DNA of 64,000 bases from an uncultured virus (IMG/VR IMGVR_UViG_3300031133_000402). Taxonomy: Duplodnaviria > Heunggongvirae > Uroviricota > Caudoviricetes. Where the stretch lies: IMG/VR virus record IMGVR_UViG_3300031133_000402; one strand, written 5' to 3'. Positions 46,318 to 55,197 of this stretch are shown here, piece by piece. The notes under the pieces are model-generated. The model searched no databases. It saw only the letters and a program-made list of their open reading frames with translations, and had not been told where the DNA came from. Made by a program: the position numbers and the translations under genes. The stretch's first letter is position 1; the number at the start of each line of letters is the position of its first letter.

Positions 46318-47715
46318 ATGCAGGTTCGCACCGCACGTCACAAGCTGAAGCCTAGCACAGCAACGTATACGAGTTTGAGAGGTGTGCGGTGGCATTTGAT
46401 GCATCTGCGCAATGCGTGTCTTCAAGAGCTTCGTGATTCGTACGTGGCAGCGCGCCGCGTAGCGGCGCGACACGGTCGAGACAAACCCATCGCCGCGGAC
46501 TGGATCTTGGTTCGCCAGGAGGAGATCGTTGAATTCCTGTCCTGGCAGGTGCGACAAGAATCGGATCTGCGCCGGCGTCACGCGCAGTTAGAGACCCGTC
46601 GCATTGCCAAACTCCATCTCAGGATCGCAGCGGGAGATCCCAAGGTCGATCCAACCGATTTGAACCCGGCTCCTTGGAGGTCCAGAACGGCCGAATCCTT
46701 CGGTCGACCAATATCAAAGGCTGATCACTACCGCCGCCTTGCGCTGATTCGCCAGAACGATCCCGAGGGGATTGGGCGGATTCCCGTTGCAGTACTTCGA
46801 GATCAAGTTGACATCGTGCACAAGGCGATGGACGCATTCTTTGAACGCGTGAAGGCGGGGAAAACTCCCGGCTTTCCGCGCTTCAAGTCCTACGACCGCA
46901 TTCGATCATTGGGCTCCCCGATCGGTGGAGGAATCAGTCTCGAAGGAGACCTTCTAAAAGCACCCATGCTCTGGCATGGTGCCATACGCATGCGTATGCA
47001 CAGGGATCTGCCAGGTGTAGGAAAGACGGTACGTCTCACCTACGATGGTAGGTTCTGGTGGGCCAGCATCGTCTGCGAATGTGGCGATGCAGCCACTACG
47101 CACGCCAGACCAGGCACAGTGCGAGGCATTGACGCCGGCGTCCGTCGTCTTTTGACGTTTGATGACGGGTCCTTTGTAGATAATCCGAAGTTCCTGAAGG
47201 AAGACGCACCGGAAACGCGTCGATTGGCGCGTGCGCTTGCCCGCTGCAAGCGAGCAAGCCATGGTCGCAACAAAGCCAAGCGTACGCTGGCGCGCGCCAA
47301 GAACGCCACCGCCAACAGGCGGCGCACGCATCACCACAAGGTCTCGAAGGACGTGGTCGCCGCCGCCGAGACGAATGTCGTCGAGGCTTTGAAGCTCAAG
47401 AACATGATGCGCTCGGCTGCCGGGACGGTGGCAGTACCCGGCGTCAATGTCGCCCAGAAGCGCGGTCTCAACCGCGGCATGAATGACGCGGCAATATCCA
47501 TCCTCTACGGAATGATCCGCTACAAGGCTGCAAGCGCCGGTGGCAGGGTTATCGCCGTGGTTCCCATGAACTCGTCCAACGACTGTTCGCTTTGCGGCGA
47601 ACGGGAGCCCGGCGCCAGACGGGGAAGCAGATATGTCTGCTCCTGCGGTGCCGATCTCGATGCGGACCACAACGGCGCTCGCATCGTGCTGCAGCGCGGA
47701 CTTTTGGCGGCCTGA
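46318..47715 (+). CDS. tnpB: TnpB RNA-guided endonuclease (465 aa)
   Basis: GIDAG, VVEALK, CSLC/CSC, DADHNGA; close paralogue of copy 1. Confidence 0.92.
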   Translation: MQVRTARHKLKPSTATYTSLRGVRWHLMHLRNACLQELRDSYVAARRVAARHGRDKPIAADWILVRQEEIVEFLSWQVRQESDLRRRHAQLETRRIAKLHLRIAAGDPKVDPTDLNPAPWRSRTAESFGRPISKADHYRRLALIRQNDPEGIGRIPVAVLRDQVDIVHKAMDAFFERVKAGKTPGFPRFKSYDRIRSLGSPIGGGISLEGDLLKAPMLWHGAIRMRMHRDLPGVGKTVRLTYDGRFWWASIVCECGDAATTHARPGTVRGIDAGVRRLLTFDDGSFVDNPKFLKEDAPETRRLARALARCKRASHGRNKAKRTLARAKNATANRRRTHHHKVSKDVVAAAETNVVEALKLKNMMRSAAGTVAVPGVNVAQKRGLNRGMNDAAISILYGMIRYKAASAGGRVIAVVPMNSSNDCSLCGEREPGARRGSRYVCSCGADLDADHNGARIVLQRGLLAA

Positions 47716-47894
47716 CGGCCGCCGTCTCGGGGTTCGACCCGAGAGGAGCGTGCGAATCGCAAGATTCGTCACAGGAAAGCCTAGGCGTTGGCTTGGCTCG
47801 CTCCGGAAACGCCGGCAAGCCCTCCTTCGGCAGGGCCCCGGAGAACCGGATCGGGTTGAAGCCTTCAGGCTTCAACCCGAGAATCCGGAGAACC
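47716..47894 (+). ncRNA. putative omegaRNA/reRNA scaffold of tnpB copy 2
   Basis: GAATC-GCAA-GATTC vs GGACC-GCAA-GGTCC in copy 1; 13-bp hairpin tcgggttgaagcc-ttca-ggcttcaacccga. Confidence 0.7.
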
Positions 47895-48003
47895 CAGAAG
47901 TCGTCGGGATCGCGTCCACCGCTCACGACGTTGATCAGCACCGCCTGTTTTTTCGCCGTGCATCCTGGCGCCATGTAGACGGACTGCTTGGCTGCTTCCG
48001 TCT

Positions 48004-48330
48004 TCATGCGAGCCTCGCCCGTCGGTCGACCAACCATTCGCGCAACTCCGCGACCCGCCCGACGGTCTCCGCGATGGAGCACAGCAGACAGAGTGCTCCG
48101 CCGCTCATGGCCATGCCGGCCATCATGTAGTCCATGCCTCCGTGCGAACGGCGCAGGCCGTAGACGCCGAGGCAGACGAGGCCGGCGGCGATCACCCACA
48201 TGCTCAGCGCCCTCAGCGCGTACCAGTGCCAGCGGCGCGAGAACAAGGTGCCGTACATCGCCGGCGTGAACAGCACCACGCCCACGGGCAGCCCCAGCAT
48301 CGCCACGACTTCCAGGATTCCAGGTGTCAT
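48004..48330 (-). CDS. membrane protein
   Basis: Three hydrophobic segments. Confidence 0.6.
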   Translation of the reverse strand: MTPGILEVVAMLGLPVGVVLFTPAMYGTLFSRRWHWYALRALSMWVIAAGLVCLGVYGLRRSHGGMDYMMAGMAMSGGALCLLCSIAETVGRVAELREWLVDRRARLA

Positions 48331-48426
48331 GCAGCAGTCCCCTTTTGATTTCGATGTCGTCGGTATGAATTTCTGACGGTGGCCTCGCCATCCCGGCCGT
48401 GGATCCGCGCGCGAACGATGTTCGTC

Positions 48427-48804
48427 CTACTGAACCCTGACGGTTTCCGCGCGTGGCGGCCCTTCGGAACGCGTCGAGCTGGACCTGCCCCGCATGGCCT
48501 CTTCCCGCGCCTGACGCTCGAAGATGGGCCCAAGGAACATGACCATCATGAGAAGCCCCGCGATGACGAGCAGGATGATCGTGACGATGTCCATGCGCTT
48601 CACGAACCGCATCGTCTTCCGGGCGTCGCGGTCCATCCAGTCGTCCAGATAGGCGTCCCGTTCGGCCTTGCCGAGCGCCTTGGTGCCCTCGTCCAGCTCC
48701 TTGCGGGTCCGCACGTTCTTCCTCCTGATCATGTAGCTGGGACCGAAGCAGACGACGATGAAGACCGCCACGAGGGCGGCCGTCGTCAAGAGGGGTGAGT
48801 TCAT
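48427..48804 (-). CDS. membrane protein
   Basis: Two TM helices. Confidence 0.6.
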   Translation of the reverse strand: MNSPLLTTAALVAVFIVVCFGPSYMIRRKNVRTRKELDEGTKALGKAERDAYLDDWMDRDARKTMRFVKRMDIVTIILLVIAGLLMMVMFLGPIFERQAREEAMRGRSSSTRSEGPPRAETVRVQ

Positions 48805-48879
48805 GGCTTCGCCTTCATGAGTAGGTTGGTGGTTTGACGCCCGACGGCCTTGGAAGAGCGCCAGGCCGCAGGGTCGGCA

Positions 48880-49464
48880 TCAGTTGGAGAGCACGAGGGC
48901 GCGATCGCGCTCTGCGCGCATCTTGGCCTCTTCCGATCTCGCATCGACCAGGACGGGTCCCTCGATGATGTCGTGCGCCTCGCCTTTGGTCACGCGGCCA
49001 TCGGCCGCTGCGCGCCTGATCTCGGCGGCGACGGTCGGATACTGGCGCACCAGCGCCAGTTCCTTGAATTGGTCGGGAGTCGCCTGCTGCACTCGGACGT
49101 ACGGATTGCTCGCGCCGTCGTGATCCTTCGTCTCGATGCAGACCCCCATCACGTAGACCAGGGCGTACCATCCCACCAGCATCGCGAGGATCCATGAGAA
49201 GATGTTCTTCTCCCCGGGGTGGTACGATATGCCCACGCCCATGTAGCCGATGAGCGCGAGCGTCGACACCATCGTCATGGCGCCGGCGCCGTCCCGGGTG
49301 CTTGCCCACTTGTAGGCGATGTCGGGCGTCAGTCGGCCCGACATTGACCACATCAGGACGAGGGGTGCCAGGACGACTGCGATGGCCATCGCTATCATCA
49401 CGGCCTTCGTCAGATCGGACGGTCCCCTGGTCGTGTTTTCCGGTGCAGATGCTGCTTCGGTCAT
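48880..49464 (-). CDS. membrane protein, family E
   Basis: Three TM + YPTVAAEIRRAAADGRVTKGE. Confidence 0.65.
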   Translation of the reverse strand: MTEAASAPENTTRGPSDLTKAVMIAMAIAVVLAPLVLMWSMSGRLTPDIAYKWASTRDGAGAMTMVSTLALIGYMGVGISYHPGEKNIFSWILAMLVGWYALVYVMGVCIETKDHDGASNPYVRVQQATPDQFKELALVRQYPTVAAEIRRAAADGRVTKGEAHDIIEGPVLVDARSEEAKMRAERDRALVLSN

Positions 49465-49494
49465 TGATTCGTTCCTTTGTCGTTCACCGGGCCG

Positions 49495-50535
49495 TCAGGC
49501 GTGCGAAGAGGTCGGCATGGGCGTGATCACCAGATTCCGTCCCGTCCTGACATGCGGTAGCGCCCCTGATTTCGTGAGACGCCCGATCGCGTACCAGGCC
49601 TGCCCGACGGTGATGCCGGCGTTGTCGTGGATGAGGTGGACGAGTTCGGACTGTGAGATGCCGCCGGTCTCCTTCGTGATCCTGACGGCGCTCGCGAAGG
49701 CCTTCTGGTCGTTCGTGCCCTCGTAACGCTCGCGAGGGAAGCGGCTGGTCTTCGTCGCCGGCGTCTGTTCGGGGTTGCGGGTCTTCGGCGGAGTCGTCCT
49801 GCCGCCGCGCGATCTCGGAGCGTTGAGTGCCGTGTCGCGGTACCGCGTCGAGCGCTGCGCCGGCGTCACCACCGGATGCCGCTCGACGGGGGTCTTGAGG
49901 ACGCCGATGGTCCAGGGCGCTCTTGCATCGGGATCGTCCGGATGGAAGCGCTTGCGTGGCTTGACCACCTCCTGGAGATGCCATGTCAGGACGCCTGCGT
50001 CATGCAGCTTCTGAGACTTCGACACCACCTCGTCCCAGCTGGGTACGGCCATCATCTTCATGATGCCGAACATCGCGCGGTCGCTCCACCGGTCGATCGG
50101 CCGTTCGGCATGGATCATCTTGTGGTAGGTCGACCAGGGGATCCTCAGGTCCTCGATGATGTGCCGGTATAGGTAGGTGCGGCGGTGCGCCTCGTATCGG
50201 ATGGCGGCGGCCAGTATCACCGACTGGCGATCTCCCCCGCGCACCTTGCGAAGGTGTACGGTCGAGGAATCGGCCCAGGCCTGTGCCTGTTCCGCGTTCA
50301 TCGATGACAGCATCAGGCTGGCCGGTCTGGTCCGGAGGACCTTCGCGATGATCCTGAGTTCGCTTTCACGCGCGATCGACGTCCCCCGCTCCAGCTTGTA
50401 GAGACGTGCATAGGGTATCTCGGGGAGCGCACGGCTCAGAGCCTTGAGGGATTCGTATCCCCTCAGCACCCGTATCTCCGCTATCGCGTTCGGGTTCAGC
50501 ACGTCCCATGCGACGGGGAGGATCGTCCTCTTCAT
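49495..50535 (-). CDS. XRE-family HTH protein (multi-domain)
   Basis: IAEIRVLRGYESLKALSRALPEIPYARLYKLERG...LRIIAKVL; second HTH-like segment. Confidence 0.65.
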   Translation of the reverse strand: MKRTILPVAWDVLNPNAIAEIRVLRGYESLKALSRALPEIPYARLYKLERGTSIARESELRIIAKVLRTRPASLMLSSMNAEQAQAWADSSTVHLRKVRGGDRQSVILAAAIRYEAHRRTYLYRHIIEDLRIPWSTYHKMIHAERPIDRWSDRAMFGIMKMMAVPSWDEVVSKSQKLHDAGVLTWHLQEVVKPRKRFHPDDPDARAPWTIGVLKTPVERHPVVTPAQRSTRYRDTALNAPRSRGGRTTPPKTRNPEQTPATKTSRFPRERYEGTNDQKAFASAVRITKETGGISQSELVHLIHDNAGITVGQAWYAIGRLTKSGALPHVRTGRNLVITPMPTSSHA

Positions 50536-50679
50536 GCGGCAGCCCCTTGTTGGTCATGATGTTCGGTGCACTCGACGGTGAGCGTCGGGCATGACTCGAG
50601 GACCGTGGAAGCGCGGTCCACGGTGTTCACGTTTCGGTGCGACGCCATGCCGGGTGTCGCGCATGTCGGCGTCTTCGTT

Positions 50680-51537
50680 CTAGATCGCGCCTCGGACGAT
50701 GTCGTCGGTGGCCATGTACGGCGTCCGCCCCTCGTCCTTGAACTCGTTGATGACGCGCTCCTCGCTCAGGAAGCAGCGCACGTCGTGGCGCACCGTCTGG
50801 TCGCCGGTCTCGACGATCGACAGGGGCACGAGCCCCGCCCGCGCCATGATCAGCTCGTCGAGCTCGAGCATGTGGAAGGCCTGGATCTCGAAGCGTCCGC
50901 AGTCGCAGTCGATGTCCTGGCTCTTGTCGATGGCGATCTGCGGCACGTCGAGATGACGGCACAGGTCGATCACCTCGGTCTTGTACAGGTGGATGATCGG
51001 GAACATGCTCACCGCCTTGGTGATGAGCGTGTACGCGCCGACCGCGTGCTCGGTCGCGTTGCGGGTGCCGACCGGGAAGTAGTAGGTGCCCGTCAGCATG
51101 TCGCCGCGCCCGTTCACCTCCTCCTTGGCCTTGTCGTGGAGCGAGCCCCAGCGCATGCCGTCCTTGCTGTGGCGGATCGACGTGTCCACCTCGAGGCCGG
51201 CCTCGGGCCAGCGCGCGCGGATCCACGGGAAGATCTCGCGTTCGACCCACTTGGTGTCGTCGCTCGCCGTGCAGACGAACGGCACGTTCATCTCGACGAA
51301 CTTGTCCTGCGTCTCGTGCTGGAAGTTCACGCCGCGCACGTTGGCGAGAGGCTTGCCCAGTCGCTCGAACGCCATGAGGCACAGCACGTAGGACAGCAGT
51401 GAGTCCGTGCCGCTGAGGCCGACGATGACGCCCGGCGCCTCCTCGCGGCGGATCGTCTCGCAGATCCAATCCACGCTGCGGTCGATCACCGCCTCGATGT
51501 CGAGCTTGCGGATGCGTGTGGCTGGCTTGTGGATCAT
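50680..51537 (-). CDS. NAD+ synthetase-like (NadE-like, N-type ATP pyrophosphatase) protein
   Basis: GVIVGLSGTDS, VGTRNATEHAVGAYT, PIIHLYKTEVIDLCRHLDVP resemble NadE motifs, with a divergent PP-loop. Confidence 0.7.
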   Translation of the reverse strand: MIHKPATRIRKLDIEAVIDRSVDWICETIRREEAPGVIVGLSGTDSLLSYVLCLMAFERLGKPLANVRGVNFQHETQDKFVEMNVPFVCTASDDTKWVEREIFPWIRARWPEAGLEVDTSIRHSKDGMRWGSLHDKAKEEVNGRGDMLTGTYYFPVGTRNATEHAVGAYTLITKAVSMFPIIHLYKTEVIDLCRHLDVPQIAIDKSQDIDCDCGRFEIQAFHMLELDELIMARAGLVPLSIVETGDQTVRHDVRCFLSEERVINEFKDEGRTPYMATDDIVRGAI

Positions 51538-51719
51538 GGTCGATCTCCTCTGTCGGGAACTGAAGCCTTTTCCCCCTGGATCAGGCATCTGATCTCCGAT
51601 CCCTACGTGATCAGCCGCACGGCCAGCCAGGCGGCACCTGTGACCGAAACGAGTGGCGGACGAGACGGCGCACGCCGATGTCGAGTGCGTCGTCGGTCAT
51701 TCATGGCTCCCGTGGATCA

Positions 51720-52100
51720 TCAAAGAAAGAGGAAGGGCATGTCGTAGTCGCGCACCGGGGCAGGGGGCGGCTTCTCGCCCCGCTCGGCCGCCTTGTGCTC
51801 GATGCTGTACTGCGCCGCCATGTCGCCCAACATCATCACGGCGAACAGCAGCGCGGCCAAGGCGAGAAGCGTGAGCGTCAGGTAGTGCACGAAGGCGTCC
51901 ATCCGGTACCTCTTCCTGTCCGCCTTCTCCTCCGCGGCGATTCTGCGGAGTTCCAAAGCGATCTGCCGGTCCTGCGCTTCCACGTTCGCCGGCTTGTCCG
52001 CCACCGCCTTCGCCACACCGAGCAAGAGCATTCCCAGCGCCAGCATGGCCAACTCTCCTCGCCTGGAGAACCGGGGCTGCGCGTCGTTCGGACCGGTCAT
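51720..52100 (-). CDS. membrane protein
   Basis: Start MTGPND, two hydrophobic helices, ATGA overlap. Confidence 0.55.
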   Translation of the reverse strand: MTGPNDAQPRFSRRGELAMLALGMLLLGVAKAVADKPANVEAQDRQIALELRRIAAEEKADRKRYRMDAFVHYLTLTLLALAALLFAVMMLGDMAAQYSIEHKAAERGEKPPPAPVRDYDMPFLFL

Positions 52101-52837
52101 GCGGCGATACGCGCGTTGACGATGGCGATGACGGCTGGTGCCGACGCCTTGCCGCCCGTCGCCTTCATGGCCTGGCCGACGAACCACTGCACAAGCTTCG
52201 GGTTCTCGCGCGCCTTGTCGAACTGCCCGGGATTGTCGGCGATGATGCGGTCGACGATCGGCTCCAGATCGTCTGCGGACACCGCCTTGAACTCGGGACG
52301 CGCGATGAGATTGTTGAAGTCGAAGCCCGCCTGGGTGTCGCTGAGCGGACGATGCGGGATCTTCAGCAGCTCGGCGAACACGGCCTTGGCCATCGTGCGG
52401 TCGATCGTGCCCTCGCGGATCGCATAGGCGAACCACGACAGGTAGTGCGCAGGCAGAATGCGCGGGATGTCGCCGAACCGCAAGCCTCGCACCTTGACCT
52501 CGGCGGCGAGCGCGGACATGATCCACTTCAGCGGCTCGTCGGTCGGCTCGCCCATGAAGCCGTGGTCCTTCGACGCCAGCGCCAGATAGTACCACATGTC
52601 GGGATCGTTGTCGCTGGCGCCGGCGAACTCGGCCGCCCGCTCGACGCTCGTCTCGAACCCCATGTCCTCCGCCATGATGACGTGCGGCGCCTTCTGGAAC
52701 CAGAACCGGCGCGTGTTGAGCACGTAGTCGCCGTGCAGCGAACGGGTCCAGGGAGCCGTCGCGTCCGCCCGCTGTTCGCGGTGGCCGTGTTCGAAGTCGT
52801 CGTCGACGCGATCGACCACGTTGCGGGTTTCCATCAT
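52097..52837 (-). CDS. GatB/YqeY C-terminal domain protein
   Basis: GTIDRTMAKAVF...VDRIIADNP...KLVQWFVGQAMKATGGKA. Confidence 0.8.
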   Translation of the reverse strand: MMETRNVVDRVDDDFEHGHREQRADATAPWTRSLHGDYVLNTRRFWFQKAPHVIMAEDMGFETSVERAAEFAGASDNDPDMWYYLALASKDHGFMGEPTDEPLKWIMSALAAEVKVRGLRFGDIPRILPAHYLSWFAYAIREGTIDRTMAKAVFAELLKIPHRPLSDTQAGFDFNNLIARPEFKAVSADDLEPIVDRIIADNPGQFDKARENPKLVQWFVGQAMKATGGKASAPAVIAIVNARIAA

Positions 52838-53136
52838 TCTTCTCCTGGGTGTTTTGGCGTTGCCAATGGTTCGAGCCGGGCGATCTCCACTCCCTTCCGG
52901 CGCTGAACTACCGCGATGTCGTACGCCCCCTGCATGCGCAGGAGTTCGACCGGATCGATGCCCAGCACCCGCTCGAAGCGCAGCGCCATCGGCGGCGTGA
53001 CGCCGCGGTGCTCGTTGAGGATGACGTTGAGCGTGTGCCGGCTTACGTCCATGGCCTGCGCGATCTCGTCCTGCGTCTGGCTCATGCCCGCGACGATCGA
53101 ACGCAGATGCTCTCCCGGATGGGGCACGCGCGTCAT
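52834..53136 (-). CDS. higA: HigA-family antitoxin (orphan)
   Basis: PHPGEHL...IAQAMDVSRHTLNVILNEHRGVTPPMALRF...LLRMQGAYD. Confidence 0.85.
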   Translation of the reverse strand: MTRVPHPGEHLRSIVAGMSQTQDEIAQAMDVSRHTLNVILNEHRGVTPPMALRFERVLGIDPVELLRMQGAYDIAVVQRRKGVEIARLEPLATPKHPGEE

Positions 53137-53876
53137 GCCTCGCCCCCGGGCGTCGTGATGGCGGCGATGCGTTCGGGCAGGGTCAGCCAGCGGTCGCCGT
53201 CCATGCAGGGCGCGTCCGCCCGGTCGAGCGCGGTCTCGACGTCCTCGAACGTGCTGTCGTCCATCCGCCCGTCGGGAAGACCGCGCGTCATGGTGGCGAC
53301 GAGATCGCCGCGCGCGACGGCGCGCCCCCGCTGCGTCACCGTGATGGTGCAGAGCGGATCACGGCCGATGTCCACGTACCCGCGCCGCCGCGCCTCCTCG
53401 ATCGTCCCGGCGTCCTGGTAGGCCTTCTCCCACGTCCTGAGACGCGGCCGGTTCTCCTCGCCGTTGGCGATGAAGTCGGCGACGTACGCCTCTGGCGTCA
53501 GTTCCGCACCCGACCGTATGGGCGTCGCGCTCGTACCGTCGATCCGCGCCGCGGCCGTTGCCGCCACCGTCTTCAGCACGGCCTGGCAGCGACCGACGAT
53601 CTCCGCCTCCACCTCCCGGACGACAGTCGCGAGCGGCCGCATCTCCGCGGGCACGACGTCGAACGTCTCGTCGCGCGACCAGCCCTCCTTCGAGCGGAGC
53701 AGACGCTCCTCGCCGAACGGCGTGCGCAGCGTGGCCTCGACGACGTGGCCGTCGCGTCTGATCACCTCCCAGAAGGCCGATGGCGTTCCCGAATTTCCCA
53801 CGGCCCCGGGCATGTCGTCCGTGACCGGCTCGTCGATGGTCGGGAAGGCGAGTCCGATGGCGATCGTGTCGGTCAT
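53133..53876 (-). CDS. hypothetical protein
   Basis: 247-aa ORF, ATGA overlap. Confidence 0.6.
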   Translation of the reverse strand: MTDTIAIGLAFPTIDEPVTDDMPGAVGNSGTPSAFWEVIRRDGHVVEATLRTPFGEERLLRSKEGWSRDETFDVVPAEMRPLATVVREVEAEIVGRCQAVLKTVAATAAARIDGTSATPIRSGAELTPEAYVADFIANGEENRPRLRTWEKAYQDAGTIEEARRRGYVDIGRDPLCTITVTQRGRAVARGDLVATMTRGLPDGRMDDSTFEDVETALDRADAPCMDGDRWLTLPERIAAITTPGGEA

Positions 53877-53929
53877 GCGGCGTGTCCTATTCGGTGTGGG
53901 GCGTCGTTGTCATCGGCGCATGCGCGACG

Positions 53930-54205
53930 TCATTCGGGATCGCCGAACACCTTCTCCACGACGTGGTCGATCAGGCCCTGCGCCTCGCCGTCGTCGGCGC
54001 CGAGGTCGCCGAGACGCTCCTGCACGGGACGCATGGCGGCATGGACGCTCTGCGCGGTCGCGCCCGGTGCGTTGACCGCGTCCTGCAGCGCCTTGTTGAG
54101 GTCGGCGGCGGCCTGGTCGCGGCCCTTCACGTCGAACAGCTCCCACTGATCGGCGGAGAAGGACACCTCGATGGTGGCCGAGCGCTGGATGTTGAGATTC
54201 TTCAT
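53930..54205 (-). CDS. hypothetical protein
   Basis: Start MKNLNIQ, GAGGA RBS. Confidence 0.6.
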   Translation of the reverse strand: MKNLNIQRSATIEVSFSADQWELFDVKGRDQAAADLNKALQDAVNAPGATAQSVHAAMRPVQERLGDLGADDGEAQGLIDHVVEKVFGDPE

Positions 54206-54248
54206 GGTTCGTTCCTCATCGTCGTGGTCGAGTGTTTGCGGCAATGTC

Positions 54249-55166
54249 TCAGCCGGCTTCGGCGCTCGTTCGTGCGGCGTTGCGCACGGCCTCCTGCCAT
54301 CGGGTGTTCTGTTCGCGGGTCCAGACGCTTCGTTTGTCCGAGGTGAGCACGCCGCCGAGCAGGTAGGTCATCAGACCCGTCAGCGCGAAGCCGATGACGA
54401 AGGTGATGGCCACCACGATCTTCTCCCCCATGCCCGGCTTCACGGCGAGCACGTACATGCTGAGGATCGATGTCATCACCATGAGCGTCATCGTGAACAC
54501 CATGGCCATGACGAACTGGTTCTCGCCGCACCCGGCGTCGACCGTCCTGTCGCGCATGCGGATCATACGTGTCAGTGTTCCCCAGGCCGCGCCGAACGGA
54601 TCTGATCGTCTCGAGATCTTCCGCATATCCGCGGCGACGGTCACGATCAGCGTGTCGCCGTCGAGGACGGCCGACAGGATCCTGCGTTCGGCGGGTAGCG
54701 CCGGATGATCCATAACGGCACCCAGGGGACGCCCCTCCATGGCGTCGAGCAGCGTGTCCGGCACCTGCATGGCCTCCACCCGCAGTTCGCGTCCCGTCCA
54801 CGTCGCGCCCGGGCTTATCTGCGCCTTGAAGGCGTATGCACCGTCGACGATGCGTCCCCGTTCGACGTTGGGCAGCGTCTCGTCGATGATCAGTCTTCCA
54901 TTGCCACGTTCAGCGATGTCGGCTATGGCCCGGGTCGCGCGTCCGGCGCTCATTCCCCTATGCATGAGCAGCGGGTGCAGCGACGCGTCGACCCTCACGT
55001 TTCCCATGACGGGTTCGATGTCGACCATGTCGCTCACCTTCCCGGGTTCCGTCGACGCATTGACCGTCCCGTTGCCTCCGACCACTATGACCGTTGCACC
55101 GCTGACGGCCTGTCCCGCCTGGAAGGGCTGCCCGTTTACCGTGATCTGCATGGTGGAGTCTCGCAT
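54249..55166 (-). CDS. GRPL-domain family protein with C-terminal TM helices
   Basis: VPDTLLDAMEGRPLGAVMDHPALP then two TM. Confidence 0.7.
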   Translation of the reverse strand: MRDSTMQITVNGQPFQAGQAVSGATVIVVGGNGTVNASTEPGKVSDMVDIEPVMGNVRVDASLHPLLMHRGMSAGRATRAIADIAERGNGRLIIDETLPNVERGRIVDGAYAFKAQISPGATWTGRELRVEAMQVPDTLLDAMEGRPLGAVMDHPALPAERRILSAVLDGDTLIVTVAADMRKISRRSDPFGAAWGTLTRMIRMRDRTVDAGCGENQFVMAMVFTMTLMVMTSILSMYVLAVKPGMGEKIVVAITFVIGFALTGLMTYLLGGVLTSDKRSVWTREQNTRWQEAVRNAARTSAEAG

Positions 55167-55197
55167 GTCGTGCGGTGTTGGAGATGCCGGACGGCCG

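Larger units (their letters stand above)
46263..47894 (+). mobile_element. 1632-bp tnpB element copy 2 with TIRs and 8-bp TSD (CAGAAGTC at 46255-46262 and 47895-47902)
   Basis: Left GGTTCTGCGGATTATCGGGTTGATGC vs right (rc) GGTTCTCCGGATTCTCGGGTTGAAGC, 23/26. Confidence 0.92.
46062..48007 (-). pseudogene. ~100-aa gene interrupted by tnpB element copy 2
   Basis: Removing the element plus one TSD gives MKTEAAKQ...GRDPDDF|WHVVTADL...DADGY* with no stop. Confidence 0.8.

Noticed and set aside
28638..47894. Inverted tnpB copies as ends of one composite transposon or invertible segment
   Set aside because: Each copy has its own matching TSD pair and the intervening genes keep the global minus orientation
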